From contig NC_043003.1 of the NCBI RefSeq assembly GCF_006345805.1, positions 109,058,001-109,122,000 on the forward strand: a stretch of 64,000 bases of DNA, read 5' to 3'. Source of the DNA: Octopus sinensis (taxonomy: Eukaryota). Each line of letters opens with the position of its first letter. Position 1 is the first letter of the stretch. The position numbers and the translations under genes were made by a program. This document shows, one piece after another, positions 1-11,883 of this stretch. The notes under the pieces are model-generated. The model did no database searches and had not been told where the DNA came from. It saw only the letters and a list, made by a program, of their open reading frames with translations.

Positions 1-220
1 GTTACGCAGTGGCTCTGATAGTTGAAGGACTTCAAAGACTGTTAAAATTAATGTTGTTGTTGTTTGATCTTGACCTTCTGTACATTGATGCTTGCTAAAA
101 AACGACAAGATGAACCAATGAAAGAGGAACTTTTATAACAATGCTGGCCAAACTGTAGCCCGCCTGATGATGAGTCATGTCTTATACGGCCCGCCTCCCG
201 ACAAAGGTTGCCCATACCTG
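1..220 (+). mobile_element. Probable 3' end of a hAT (Charlie/SPIN-like) DNA transposon
   Basis: Ends in AAAGGTTGCCCATACCTG (203-220), whose reverse complement CAGGTATGGGCAACC resembles hAT TIRs. The first ~45 bp resemble a frameshifted LRVAL..DFK hAT C-terminus. Confidence 0.4.
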
Positions 221-312
221 CTTTATGTAGTTGTTTGGCCAGCCAGAAATCGTAGTCCATTTCCTTCCACCGTCGTCTTTTAAAGAATGCAGGACACATA
301 AGACAATGTATT

Positions 313-327
313 TGTGTGTGTGTGTGT

Positions 328-362
<35 letters not shown>
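313..362. repeat. (TG)n microsatellite
   Basis: Direct reading. Confidence 0.95.
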
Positions 363-364
<2 letters not shown>

Positions 365-1255
365 TGCATTATACACACGCGCACACGAGACAGTCATGGT
401 TGGAACACCTTTAATCACAGGTCTACTCACTGAAGGTAGACCGGGATGAAGTGGAAGTAATTTAAAGCTACAAGAACGGGAATAGAAGGAAATGTGTTTC
501 GGAAGATTGCAGTTGTAGTGGAGGAAAGAACCGAGAAAAGTGTTTAGCGTGGGTGGATCGGATGGATAGGGGTGTCACGTAGCTTGTTAGTTCAGGGAAT
601 CAGATACTTGGATACGTCACCTGTAGAGGGAGAATATACTAATACGCTTCAGCAGGACCTACGAAGGGTGAGAAATATTAAATAGCTTTTCGAAGACAGT
701 AGCTAACTCAATAACTTGGTGTCAGGACCAGTTAACCAGTTACAAGGCCCAGAGGAGTTCTAGAGCCAATGATAAGCACAGAAAGTCATGGTGAAGGTTT
801 TACGAATATGGTTGCTCCATGAAAACAGCAAACGGTACGTTTGGACAAATGGTTTTCAACTGGGGTCCATATAAGATTTTAATGTTAAAAACTATGTGCA
901 ATGAATTGGTTATATTTTCACAATACATAAAATATTTTACAATTTATTTAAATACAATTCCTAATAATATTCAGTTATGAAAATAGAATAGGATTTTATT
1001 TAAACTTCGGATGGCTATAAGGGTCCTGTAGAGTAAAATAGGAATGAAAGGGGTCCAAATAGGCAAAAAAAAAATGGTTGACAACCACACCGCTGATTTA
1101 GACAGAATAGGGAAGCTATTAGAAGGAAGAAATCGAACACGAAAATCGAATCTGAAAACGATTCACAGTCACCATGACAATGCACGACTATACATATCTT
1201 TGGCAACTAATCGGGCAATCGGCAAATTGGTCTAATCAGTGGTTTCTATCTACTG

Positions 1256-1444
1256 TACAGCCCGGATCTGGTACCTTCTGATTTCCACCTGTTCAGTCCA
1301 TGAAGGAGAGTCTTCGGGAACAACGATTTGATAACACACATGAAGTGAAAGTAGCTGTACATGAGTGCACACGTTATTTTTGAATGAGGATTCAAGAGTT
1401 GAATTCAATGAAGCACATAGTAGTGGAGACTATGTTGAGCAATA
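1256..1444 (+). mobile_element. mariner transposase C-terminal relic
   Basis: Reads YSPDLVPSDFHLFSP / KESLREQRFDNTHEVKVAVHE and ends GDYVEQ*. YSPDL is the mariner motif. Confidence 0.85.
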
Positions 1445-1489
1445 ATTTTGTGTAAAGGAAGAGTTACTCTACCAAAGAAATCGATTTTA

Positions 1490-2085
1490 AAGATCAAATA
1501 GACGATATTTGCCATCGTGCGGTTATTAAATATGTGCAGAAAATCGGTTTAGCCCCCAAGGGCATTCATGCTGACATGGTTGCTACATTAGGGGACGATG
1601 CACCAGCTTTATCAACTATGCAACTGTGGGCAGCTGTATCCAGGAGGGGAAGGAAGAGTCCGAAGATGACCCAGGGTCTGGGCGTCCTGCAACTGCCGCC
1701 ACCGAGGAAGACATTGATCACAAAAAGGGTCTTGTTTCATCAAGACAAAGATTCACAACACAAGCCCTTGGTTCCAGTGGTTGCTGTGTGTGGCCATGGC
1801 TTTGAACTCCCTATTCACCTCATTTGGCCCTTACTGACTCTCATCTGTTCCCCCAGCATGAAGAAACACTGAGCCGGGAACCAGTATCGCTGGGATGATG
1901 ACATCATATCTGCTGTTGCTGTCAGTTACTCTTGAAGTCTTCTTTGAACAGTCAGATGCCAGTTTATCTGGAAAGATCTTGTGCAGTTATTAATAAGAAG
2001 AGTGGAAATTAATGCATGCGAGATTTCACTGCTCTTGCATCTCTCCTTCAGAGTCAGCCAATGAACTTTCCAGACCATCCTCGTA
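1490..2085 (+). mobile_element. Internally deleted mariner element with 3' TIR
   Basis: N-terminal HRAVIKY..GLAPKGIHADMVATLGDDAPALST...EDDPGSGRPATA is joined to VLFHQD...HLFPSMKKH. A TIR-like GTCAGCCAATGAACTTTCCAGACCATCCTCG plus TA lies at 2053-2085. Confidence 0.8.
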
Positions 2086-2721
2086 CATTGTTCAATAACA
2101 GTCTGTTACTATACAAACCTCTTATTTTCTGGCAGTAGTGTATAATATACCTCAGAGGTTTATATGACAGCTATAAATCATTAAATAAGGAGCTCCTTTA
2201 TGGCTGTAATCAGTTAAATTCAACATCTAAGACGTATTATATTACATGATTCATGTAATCATTATCATATTTTACATCGTTTCCTATCATAATCAGCTGG
2301 TTTTCAATGTATTTGGGGTTCCTTTTTGTTGTTTCTTACCGTATAGCTGCTTATATTCTTATTAAGGTGCATACAATTTAAACTTTAATGTATTTTATCA
2401 AATATCTTACATGTTGCAGCTCGCGGTATAGAAGCGAAAACTAAACTAAAACAAGTATAAATTTAATTATCGAATAAGCGACAACTATCAGAACATATTT
2501 ACAAAATATAAAAACGATCTTTAAAACTGATAAAACATAACGCTTCAGTAACCAAGAAAAATTGGAAAATAAATCTTTTTCTAAATGAAGAGTAAAGATT
2601 ATTTTTTCTTTTTTAGAATTCCTCCTTAGAATACCAGTTGATCCCAAAAACACGAAACCCCTGAGAAGTGTTGTTCTAAATTAGAGGTCCAAAACCTTCT
2701 AATATATTCATCTTTAATCTT

Positions 2722-3149
2722 ATTTTTTTACCTGTTTCAGTCATTGGACTGTGGCTATGTTGGGCGGCGAGCTGGCAGAAATGTTAGCACGCCGGGCGAA
2801 ATGCATAGCCGTATTTCGTCTGCCTTTACGTTCTTAGTTCAAATTCCGCCGAGGTCGACTTTGTCTTTCATCCTTTCGGGGTCGATAAATGAAGTACCAT
2901 TTACGCACTGGGGTCGATGTAATCGACTTAATCCGTTTCTCTGTCCTTGTTTGTCTCCTCTGTGTTTAGCCCCTTGTGGGTAATAAAGAAATAGGACTAT
3001 GGCTATGTTGGGACACCACATTGAAAGACTGTAGTCGAATGAGTCGTCCTCAGTACTTATTCTGTCGTCTCCATTTGCCGATTCGCTAAGTTTCAGGAAC
3101 GTAAACAAACCAATACCGCTTGCCGAGCAGTGGTGGTGGCCAAACACAA

Positions 3150-3231
<82 letters not shown>

Positions 3232-3342
3232 CGGGCTTCTTTCAGGCTTTGATCGGTTCGGCCTGGGGGTATAGCAGAAGGCACTTGCCCAAGGTATTAC
3301 GCAGTGGGACTGGACCCTGAACCACTTGGTTGGGAAGCAAAC
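2722..3342 (-). mobile_element. SINE family B (tRNA head, CCTTGGGCAAGTG core-like box, internal (CA)n), interrupted by a younger SINE
   Basis: The minus strand reads GTTCAGGGTCCAGTCCCACTGCG...CCTTGGGCAAGTGCCTTCTGCTATA. The same family recurs many times (e.g. ~8990, ~24760, ~55290, ~58210, ~61030). Confidence 0.7.
2763..2993 (+). mobile_element. tRNA-derived SINE family A, full length, with ~19-bp TSD
   Basis: A-box-like GGCGAGCTGGCAGAA and B-box-like AGTTCAAATTCC. Flanked by GGACT(G/A)TGGCTATGTTGGG at 2746-2764 and 2994-3012. Confidence 0.85.
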
Positions 3343-3574
3343 TTATTTCTTTATTGCCCACAAGGGGCTAAACATAGAGGGGACAAACAAGGACAGACAA
3401 ACGGATTAAGTCGATTATATCGACCCCAGTGCGTAACTGGTACTTAATTTATCGACCCCGAAAGGATGAAAGGCAAAGTCGACCTTGGCGGAATTTGAAC
3501 TCAGAACGTAATGGCAGACGAAATGCCGCTAAGCATTTCGCCCGGCATGCTAACGTTTCTGCCAGCTCACTGCC
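3343..3574 (-). mobile_element. tRNA-derived SINE family A
   Basis: Reverse-complement match to 2763-2993. Confidence 0.85.
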
Positions 3575-3583
3575 TATTTTTTT

Positions 3584-3835
3584 CTGGAGCAACGTGAAAT
3601 GAAGTGTTTTGCTCCAAGAACACAACGCATCGCCCAGTCCAGGAATCGAAACCACAACCTTACGATCATGAGTTCAACACCCTAACCACGGAGCCATGCG
3701 CCTCCACTTTTTTTTGGAGCAACGTGAAATGAAGTGTTTTGCTCCAAGAACACAACGCATCGCCCGGTCCAGGAATCGAAACCATAACCATACGATCATG
3801 AGTTCAACACCCTAACCACTAAGCCACTCGCCTCC
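3584..3835 (-). mobile_element. Two tandem 130-bp copies of the SINE family C head
   Basis: TGGAGCAACGTGAAATGAAGTG... occurs at 3585 and 3715. The tRNA-like head GGAGGCGCATGGCT..GTGGTTAGGGTG...GTTTCGATTCC is on the minus strand. Confidence 0.85.
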
Positions 3836-4359
3836 TGCTGTTGGTGTTTCTATACAATTGTGAATTGAAAAACTTTAATCCATTGCCAGAGATGACACCA
3901 AAATTTGAAAGGTTTGGACAAAGTCAGAACCTTGGGAGCTACCAGTAGCAATGGAGAATTCTAAAGGAATAAAGAAAAATAATTCGAAAGACCTCTCCCA
4001 CGGAAAGCTTTTGCATCCTCGCCACCGCCAGAAAAACCAAATTACCAAACCACAAGCCTCCAAGTCGTTCAATCGTAACTTTATTGCAACAGCACAGGTT
4101 AACAAATCGACCCCAGGACTTATCCTTTGTAAGCTTAGTACTCATTCTATCGGTCTTTTTTGCCGAACCGCTAAGTTACGAGGAGTAAACACCCCAACAT
4201 CGGTTGCCAAGCAATAGTGGCGGGGAGGGGGACAAACACGAATATATACATACACATACATATATGCATTATATATATAATGAAGTTTAAGGAAAGGATT
4301 TGTAAGTGTAGACGAACTTTAATTCAATTCAAATCCAAGTTGGTAGAGAACCAACAAAC

Positions 4360-4449
4360 ATTCTACACATTGTTTCGGAGTCTAATTCACTCCAAAGACA
4401 AAGACGAAAAACTCTTCATTAAAAATAAATTAAATTCCTCATCAGGAAT
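4360..4449 (-). ncRNA. Minimal type I hammerhead ribozyme motif (intact core)
   Basis: Minus strand: ATTC-CTGATGA-GGAATTTAATT...AATTAGACTCC-GAAAC-AATGT-GTA-GAAT. Stem I 4 bp, stem II 11 bp with one mismatch, predicted cleavage after GUA. Confidence 0.75.
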
Positions 4450-4566
4450 TACATACTAGTATGAATGATTACGACCAACAAAAATATGCACAGACCTTTC
4501 ATAGCCCAGAGGTGAACAAATAAATGAAAGATAACAAGAACGCCAGATACTCAAAGCTAGAAAAAA

Positions 4567-4957
4567 TCTCTCTCTCTATGTATATAAAGCTGAAGTTGTC
4601 TGTGTATGGCAGCTTTGGTAGCCTTCAACTAACACTACTTCCTCCGAGACCCTGCGGCGAAAGTTGACCAAAATTAAGAGTATGATAGGAGAAGGCTTGC
4701 TCTTCCTTCCGTAGAAGAAAATCGGACCATGTTAACACCAAAAATTATTCACATCAAAAAGGTGCTTTTTTTCTATGAAAATCCCTATTTTTTACGATTT
4801 TTTTTACTGCTGTGTCGCCATTTTTCGGTGTATTTCAACCAGAAAAATGTTCACTTAAAGAGAATAACAAGCTACATAATGCAAAAGTTTTACTTTTCAA
4901 AAATTCCAATTCTATAGGGTCGAAACAAACCCGAGCAACGCCGGGCGATACTGCTAG
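4567..4957 (+). mobile_element. Non-autonomous Helitron
   Basis: A|TC start, 3' hairpin CCCGAGCAACGCCGGG, terminal CTAG|T, no TSD. Confidence 0.8.
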
Positions 4958-5077
4958 TATACATATAAATGTCCTTATTTAAACTTAATAAATATAGTAA
5001 AATTAAACGAAAATAAAAATTAAAATAAAAACAAATCTTTTGTTTACAAAATAGCCTTCTACAAACTGTAGGACGGC

Positions 5078-5078
<1 letters not shown>

Positions 5079-5132
<54 letters not shown>
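5079..5132. repeat. (GA)n microsatellite
   Basis: Direct reading. Confidence 0.95.
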
Positions 5133-5135
<3 letters not shown>

Positions 5136-5865
5136 TATCAGTGAAGGGAGAAGAGTGAAAAAAGTAATATAGTGAAGGAGAGGCGGAAAGAGTAATAGCC
5201 GTGACTGAGAGATTAAGAGAAAGTAATGACCGTTTGAGAAAGAGGAACGCGAAGTGTATCTTCTGTTCTCAACATATGAATGAGAAAGGAAGGGGCGAAT
5301 AAAGTAAAAGAGAGGCATTCAACTCTGTGAGAGTATATGTGCATACATGTGTATATGAAAACGGGAGGTATGTGAATGTTTGTGTGTGTGTGCGTGTGCG
5401 TGTCTGTGTGTGTGTGTTTGTGGGAATGTGTGTGTGTGTGTGTAATGGAAACACAACTCTGAAGATAAAATCTGAGATCATTCCAAATTTGTTTGTGTAT
5501 GTGTATGTATGTGTGTGATTGGGAAATATTTGAATGCTTGTATCTGTGATTGTTCTGCACTTCATTTTGTATCTCGTTTAAACAACAATTAGCCACCAAT
5601 TATAAACGGCAAGGGGCCAGTTGATGAATAGATATGGAAATAACAAAACGGTTGTAAGATAATTAAATGAATTAAATGTAAAATTCACCGTCTCAGAAAC
5701 ACAGGTGGGCCAAAATTAAAATACTCACAATATCTTAAAATTAAATTATGAAAAAAAAAGCAAGAGGAATCAACTATCGTAGTAAAAAACCAAACGGTGA
5801 AACCGAAAGTATCAAACTCTCAAAAACCACTAAATCATCTAATAAAACACTTATAATAGACAACC

Positions 5866-6700
5866 TTATTTAACATTTTTAAACACGTATTTATTCTTAT
5901 GAACACAGAAAAAAACCCTTTCAGATTTAGAGTTTAGCAGCGTTCTTCTAGAAAATAGAATCAAAAATAATTCCTCAGAACAAAGAGAGCAGAACCTATT
6001 ACCAATTCTATAAGCCGGAGCCGTCCCTAAAATGCTCCATCCAGTAAAGTACGTTTTATTATTATGTTTAAGATTCCAGATGAAATTACTAAGACTAGTA
6101 GAAGAAGCCCTATTTCTGTTCCTAAAGGAATGGTAATAATTCGAATCCCTTTTCTTAATATAATTAGTAGAACCAGTATAAAAGTAATCATTACCTTCAG
6201 AAACAACTAAATTGATAGACGACTTCCCTACGCTTACGAAAATTACCAAAGAAACAAATTTCAAATCACAAAGGGAATTCTCACCCCTATTTGCACCTTC
6301 ATCAATTGAATTATAATTAAGTGATAGGCTATTACCTCCACTATTATTGAAACTTATATTAGAAATAGAATTCAAACCATCCCTGCCAAACTGGCTATTA
6401 GGGAAAATCATGAACATTGGTACTCATGGAATCAGTCTCGCTAGTATTAACTAAGTTGTCTCGAAGATAAGAACAGGATAATTTCTTTTCATTAATGGAA
6501 GAAATAATCTGAGATAAATTCCTAGAGACCGAAAAAGCAAACTTATGGATCTCGGATTCAAAATCTCATAATATCTACTTTTTTTTATTGAAGTGCTTTA
6601 AAAACAATTTATACACCGCCCCAATTAAGTTACTTTTTAATTGACTGGCATAAGGAATAACAAACCAAATAATGTTACTCTTGTCCAAAACTAAATTAGA
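5866..6700 (-). mobile_element. Penelope-like retroelement relic: RT thumb/linker plus GIY-YIG endonuclease
   Basis: ORF 5866-6417 contains YTGST..KKR.SN..HSF....STSLSNFIWNLK...W.I...A.AY......C.LC.EE...I.....LLN.K.E....C.H.NK. Upstream the strand reads NIIWFVIPY...KHF...ILN...NLSQIISSIN. These match Penelope-like element motifs as I recall them. Confidence 0.8.
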
Positions 6701-6849
6701 ATGACCTAAATTATTCACCTTAGAATTATAACCTTTTATCACATAATTATATTTATATTTGTGAACATTAATATCTGGAATTAAAGGATTACTCTCACAG
6801 TAGTTATGCTCACTTCCTGATTTATATTTACCTTTCCGTTTAGACCCTC

Positions 6850-7887
6850 AAGAGCTTCAGAGAGACCAAAGATGTGAAAACAATACAAAGAACAAGTAGA
6901 AAAAAAGTACATCACTTCGTGATGACAGATCCATCATCTGTCAGTCGCTCAGAAACAGGAGAAAAACATCGTCGGAGCCCTGTGCGGACTTCAACGAGGC
7001 AAGTACTTCACAAATATCAACAAGATCTGTTAGAAGAAGGCTTGTAGAGTACGGTCTGAAAGGCTGTAAAGCTAGGAAGAAGCCATGGGTTTCTGAAGCG
7101 AAAATGGAAAAATGTCTTCAGTGGGCCCGAAACCGCTCAAATTAGACCAGTGAGCAATGGTCGAAAGTTATATGGTCTGATGAAAATAACTACGAGGTAA
7201 GATAGTATATGTATTCAATCAATATATAAACTTAATGTTACTGGTTTGTTGCCCGAAATATATAAAAAAAAGTATCCAACATAAAGATAATATTATTTTT
7301 CATGTTTTTACTCAGGTTTTCGGTACATCTGCTGCAACTTTCGTGCATCGCAGAGTTGGGGAAGCATTTAAGGCTGAATGTCTGGTACCAACCGTAAAAC
7401 ATGGGGGTGGTTCAATCATGGTGTGGGCTTGCATGTCTACCATGGGACCCGGAGAAATGTTTCTATGTCAGGGAAGGATGAATTCAACTACCTGTGTTTC
7501 TATGTTATCGGATGTTTTAGAGGCATCAATTGCTAAATTACATCCAGGAGTGTTCCCATGGACTGGCCAGCTCAAAATCCCGATCTAAATCCAATCGAGC
7601 ACCTATGGGGAACTCTTGGCGAAGCTCTCAGGAACACAACAATTAAAAATAAAGAGCATTTGCACCAAAAGTTGAGAGAAGGATGGGGCAAAATTGTGCC
7701 TAGCATCTGCAAGAAACTACTTGATTCAATGCCTAACTGTATAAAAGCGGTAACTGATGCTAAAGGAGGGTCAACTAATGTATATTGTGAAATACACCAT
7801 AATCTACCACGCACACGAGTTTCGTTAACATTGAGATAGCAGAACCCCAAAACATTGGGTGGCCTAATACTTTTGGCCAAGGCTGTA
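6850..7887 (+). mobile_element. Tc1-family transposon relic with a GT-AG intron (7197-7315), internal deletion and 3' TIR
   Basis: Motifs WSDENNYE | VFGTS..VHRRVGE..PTVKHGGGSIMVWAC and DWPAQNPDLNPIEHLW. The second catalytic D (QDN) region is deleted near 7557. Ends GGTGGCCTAATACTTTTGGCCAAGGCTG plus TA. Confidence 0.9.
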
Positions 7888-7925
7888 GATACACGCATGA
7901 CACACACACACTTTCAAACATGAAC

Positions 7926-7985
<60 letters not shown>

Positions 7986-8555
7986 TCTCAATCACATTCA
8001 TGTTTACACAGTACTTACATTTCCGAAAGTAAGTGCAGTTTTTGTTCTTTTCTCGTATTTTTCTTTTGCTGCTGACTGATACAGTTAAAATTGTTGCTTT
8101 TATCAAAGAATATAGAAGCTAAAGAGGAAAAAACTACATCTCAGTCTGTAAGTAAATTACGACGAAGAAAAAAGACAAAAGCAAAACTAACGAGTCACCT
8201 CCCCACCCCACCCCACCGACAACTAACAAATGGGAAAAAAATAGTTTTTAAAAAAATATTTTTTATTATAAATTAGAAGAAAACAAACCACGAAACACAA
8301 GCAGACAAACAGTTATTATATTTTTCAGTCACTGCTTAACCGAGGAGAGAAAAAATATTTAAATAAATAGCTTCTGTTATTCTGTTATTATTTGGATTTT
8401 CAATTTTATTATTTAGTGGTGGTGTACATACACAGATACATGTGTATAGCTTTAGTGTTTTGCGTGTGTGTATATATATATATGTATACATTGATGTATA
8501 GGTATACATATATATATGTATATATATGTATACATTGATGTATAGGTATATTGAT

Positions 8556-8772
8556 TTCAAAATTTTAGCACTAAGTCAGCAAATTCGGAGGAGAGGATAA
8601 GTCAGTTACATCGAGCCCCACCCCAGCACTCAACTGGTACTTATTTTATCGATCTCCAAAAGGATGAAGAGTGAAGTAGGCTATTGCAGAACTTCAACTC
8701 AGAACGTAAAGACGGACGTAATACCGCTTAGCATTTTTGCTTGGCATGCTAACCATTCAGCTATCTCACCAC
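8556..8772 (-). mobile_element. SINE family A variant (alternative tail ...AAATTTGAAA)
   Basis: Same tRNA head and body as family A. Similar copies lie near 13280-13610, 25355-25735, 28365-28875 and 46875-47070. Confidence 0.7.
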
Positions 8773-9085
8773 CTTACATGTATAGATATATGTATATTAA
8801 GACATTCGTACATACATACTTATATAGCTTATCTATTGATCGGCTGTGTGCAGGCGCGGTCCCAGGAGTTTTTCGAATTGCGGGAACAAGGTCAGAGGGG
8901 AATACAATTCCAGAAGAAAATGGCGTAATGACATTATTTTGATGGGCGAATTTTTTTTTTATTGGGGAACATGGTACAGGGGTCATTCTCACTGCGTGCT
9001 ACTTTGAGTAGGTGTCTTCTATTATAGTTTCAGGCCGACCAAAGCCTTGTGTGGGGATATAGTAGACGGAAACTGAAAGAAACCC

Positions 9086-9124
<39 letters not shown>

Positions 9125-10620
9125 TGTGTGTGTGTATAGTATAAAGAAGAAAATCGAATGTTTTAACAGATAAAATCAATTTAACAGATAACATCAATTT
9201 ACTTACAAATCGACAGTATGTCAATAAATTGATGTTATCTGTTAAAACTCTGCATCTTCTTTAACATATACAATATTAAAATATACCCATATGAAACAAG
9301 CATCTGTCAAAATATACCTTGACTCCGTAATGTGTTTAATATTTGTGCCTATTATCTACTATAATAATACTCTTGTTATTCTCCGCCACAACATATGAAT
9401 AAGAAAGAAAGGGGTGATAAATAAATAAGAAAGCAAGGGGTGATGGCAAACTGGTAGTGGGTGCTTTTCAACTCTGTATGAGTATGTAAAAGAGAAGTAT
9501 GTGAATGTGTGTGTATGTGTGTGTGTGTGTGTGCAATGGAAGCGGGATGGTGAACATTAAACGCTGAAAAGAAAAATCAAACAGCGTTTAAACTGTGTGA
9601 GTATATGTGTGTATGTGTGTGCGTGTGTCAGGGAAGTATGTGAATGTTTGTATGTGTGAACCAGTGTTCTTTGAGTAACGAACGATGGTCGATGTCACAT
9701 CTGAAAAGACAACCACCAGATAACATTGACAAGTGTATTCATTTGATCTACCATCCATATTTATATATAAAATACTACAATTAGCCGTCATTTTTGATGG
9801 CACGGTTTCAGCTCGTTAAATAACAAACGCCAATACTACTAAGTAAAACGTGACTCACGAGCATTTCATCGCTATATAGGATTAAATCGGGGTGACTGGG
9901 ATGCTGACATCCCTTTTAAGACGAATCTATATCCTCGCAATAACACACACATACACACACACGTGTGTGTGTGTTTTATACATATGTGTGTGCGTGTATA
10001 TGTGTGCCTGTGTGTGTACGTGTGTGTGTGTTTGTCCCCCACCACCGTATGACAACCGTCCCCATAACCTAGCGGTTCGGCAAAAGAGACCGATAGAATA
10101 AGTACCAGGTTTATTATTTTTTTTAAAAAGGTACTAGGGTCGATTCTAAAATTCTTCAAGGCGGCGCCCCAGCATGGCCGCAGTCTAATGACTGAAATAC
10201 ATAAAAGAAAAAAAAATATGTATACACAGAATAATGCGGTAAACTGGTAGAATCATTTGACCGTCGGACGGAGTGCTGGGCTGAATTTGTACCGGATTTG
10301 TGCAATCTGTGCTTAAATTCTCCGATGCCGTACTAAGGTGGTCGATTAACCACTTACTCGATTTATCACCGCCATAATCCTTGGATGTCTTTTGCAGAAT
10401 TCGCTCCTGTTGCAAGTATATGGGACAAGTATTCAGTTTAAAGATTCTTCCCTCGCTCCAAAAATGTCTTAGGTGTTCTAAAAAGAACTATAGACACACC
10501 ATGCGTGTGCCTTCATTAATTAATTAATTAATTCATTCATTCATTCATTCATTCATTCATTCATTCATTCATTCATTCATACATACATACCATACATTCA
10601 TACATACATACATACATACA

Positions 10621-10975
10621 TACAAGTTCAGGTTTATATCAATCTTGAGAAACTGGGTTTCTCAAAACCAGAAAGGAGAAAGCTGATTCGATAACTGCAG
10701 ATCCAGTCCATCACTGGGACTGTAAAAATCTGTAAAACTTTCCAGACGTTTCTCCTTTAAATATATATATATATATATATATTGACCATGTCTAGATATG
10801 CATGCATTTGCATGAGAAGACATTCATAAAACAAAACATACAAATCTGCATGTATACATGCATACAAAAATACCCTGTTGTTGATGTTGAAATTCCAGTG
10901 AAGGAGCCTTGGATCTAGGTTAGAAACCAGCTCGTTCTCTATTGACAACAAATTTTGAAATAAAGCTGAATAACG
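10621..10975 (+). mobile_element. 3' end of an R4/Dong-like (restriction-like endonuclease) LINE, with internal deletion
   Basis: Reads EKLGFSKPERRKLIR*LQIQSITGTVKICKTF. The 3' UTR is shared with 20050-20573, and ~47 bp are missing relative to that copy. Confidence 0.65.
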
Positions 10976-11344
10976 ATATACATAAATAGCAACTAAATGC
11001 CTGATTAACAAGAGGGACAAAGATACTACCTAATCTTGATGTTCTGATAAAAAAATGCCGGCTCTCTTATACCAGCGATGGATGCGTAGCAACGTGAAAA
11101 GTGCACATGAAATGTTTAAGTTTCCTATGCAGAAATATCTCTGAATCAACAATAGGTGATAAAACACAAGTGTTCAACGACATTCGGTCAAACCTTGTCT
11201 AATATAGACACATTATGGAAACAATATCACACATTTAATCTCGAAGCAGTCAACTCATGTTACGAAATGGTTTCATGCTAAAAACAACCTTCGAAGTGTG
11301 ATGAGGGTAAATTAATCATAATCAGACGTGGCTACGTGGACTAA

Positions 11345-11416
11345 TTTGTCTGATGATTGTTAATTCATCTTTCAATATTTGGAATGTTCTTCAGCACGAA
11401 ATCATTTAGTAACAGG
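11345..11416 (+). ncRNA. Degenerate type I hammerhead motif after a possible Penelope-like ORF end
   Basis: TTTGT-CTGATGA-TTGTTAA...TTCAGCAC-GAAAT-CATTTA-GTA-ACAGG. Stem II is decayed. Upstream reads (K)CDEGKLII..W. Confidence 0.4.
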
Positions 11417-11545
11417 AATTGACTGCTATGAGAATAAGTGAATAACATTGTATGAATAAAATTCCTACACTAAAACCTGACATACAATATTCGAGTACCT
11501 GTCTTTTGTAACTTATGAAAACTTGAAGAACTATAAGTGTGTGAG

Positions 11546-11618
<73 letters not shown>

Positions 11619-11681
11619 TGAGAGAGAGAGGAGAGAGAAGCAATGATTCGAATAAACAGATAAAACCTTGGGTTTTAATGT

Positions 11682-11717
<36 letters not shown>

Positions 11718-11883
11718 AGATAATGGTGTCATTGAGACCCTACACATATACACCATTATGCCTATAAAACGGATTTACGAATCCAATACCCATACATATC
11801 TTGCATCTATTTTCTTTCCTCCACCTCACTCGCTATTTGTATCCCATTGAAACTAACTATGATTTAATTTTTCCTCTCACACC

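Noticed and set aside
164-170. CTGATGA (also at 24424, 58066 and ~58189)
   Set aside because: No GAAA box with pairable stems I and II, so not called as hammerheads
430-800. Possible very old CR1/L2-type LINE 3' end on the minus strand
   Set aside because: Only vague similarity (HPY..., NLP...FK), not enough to support
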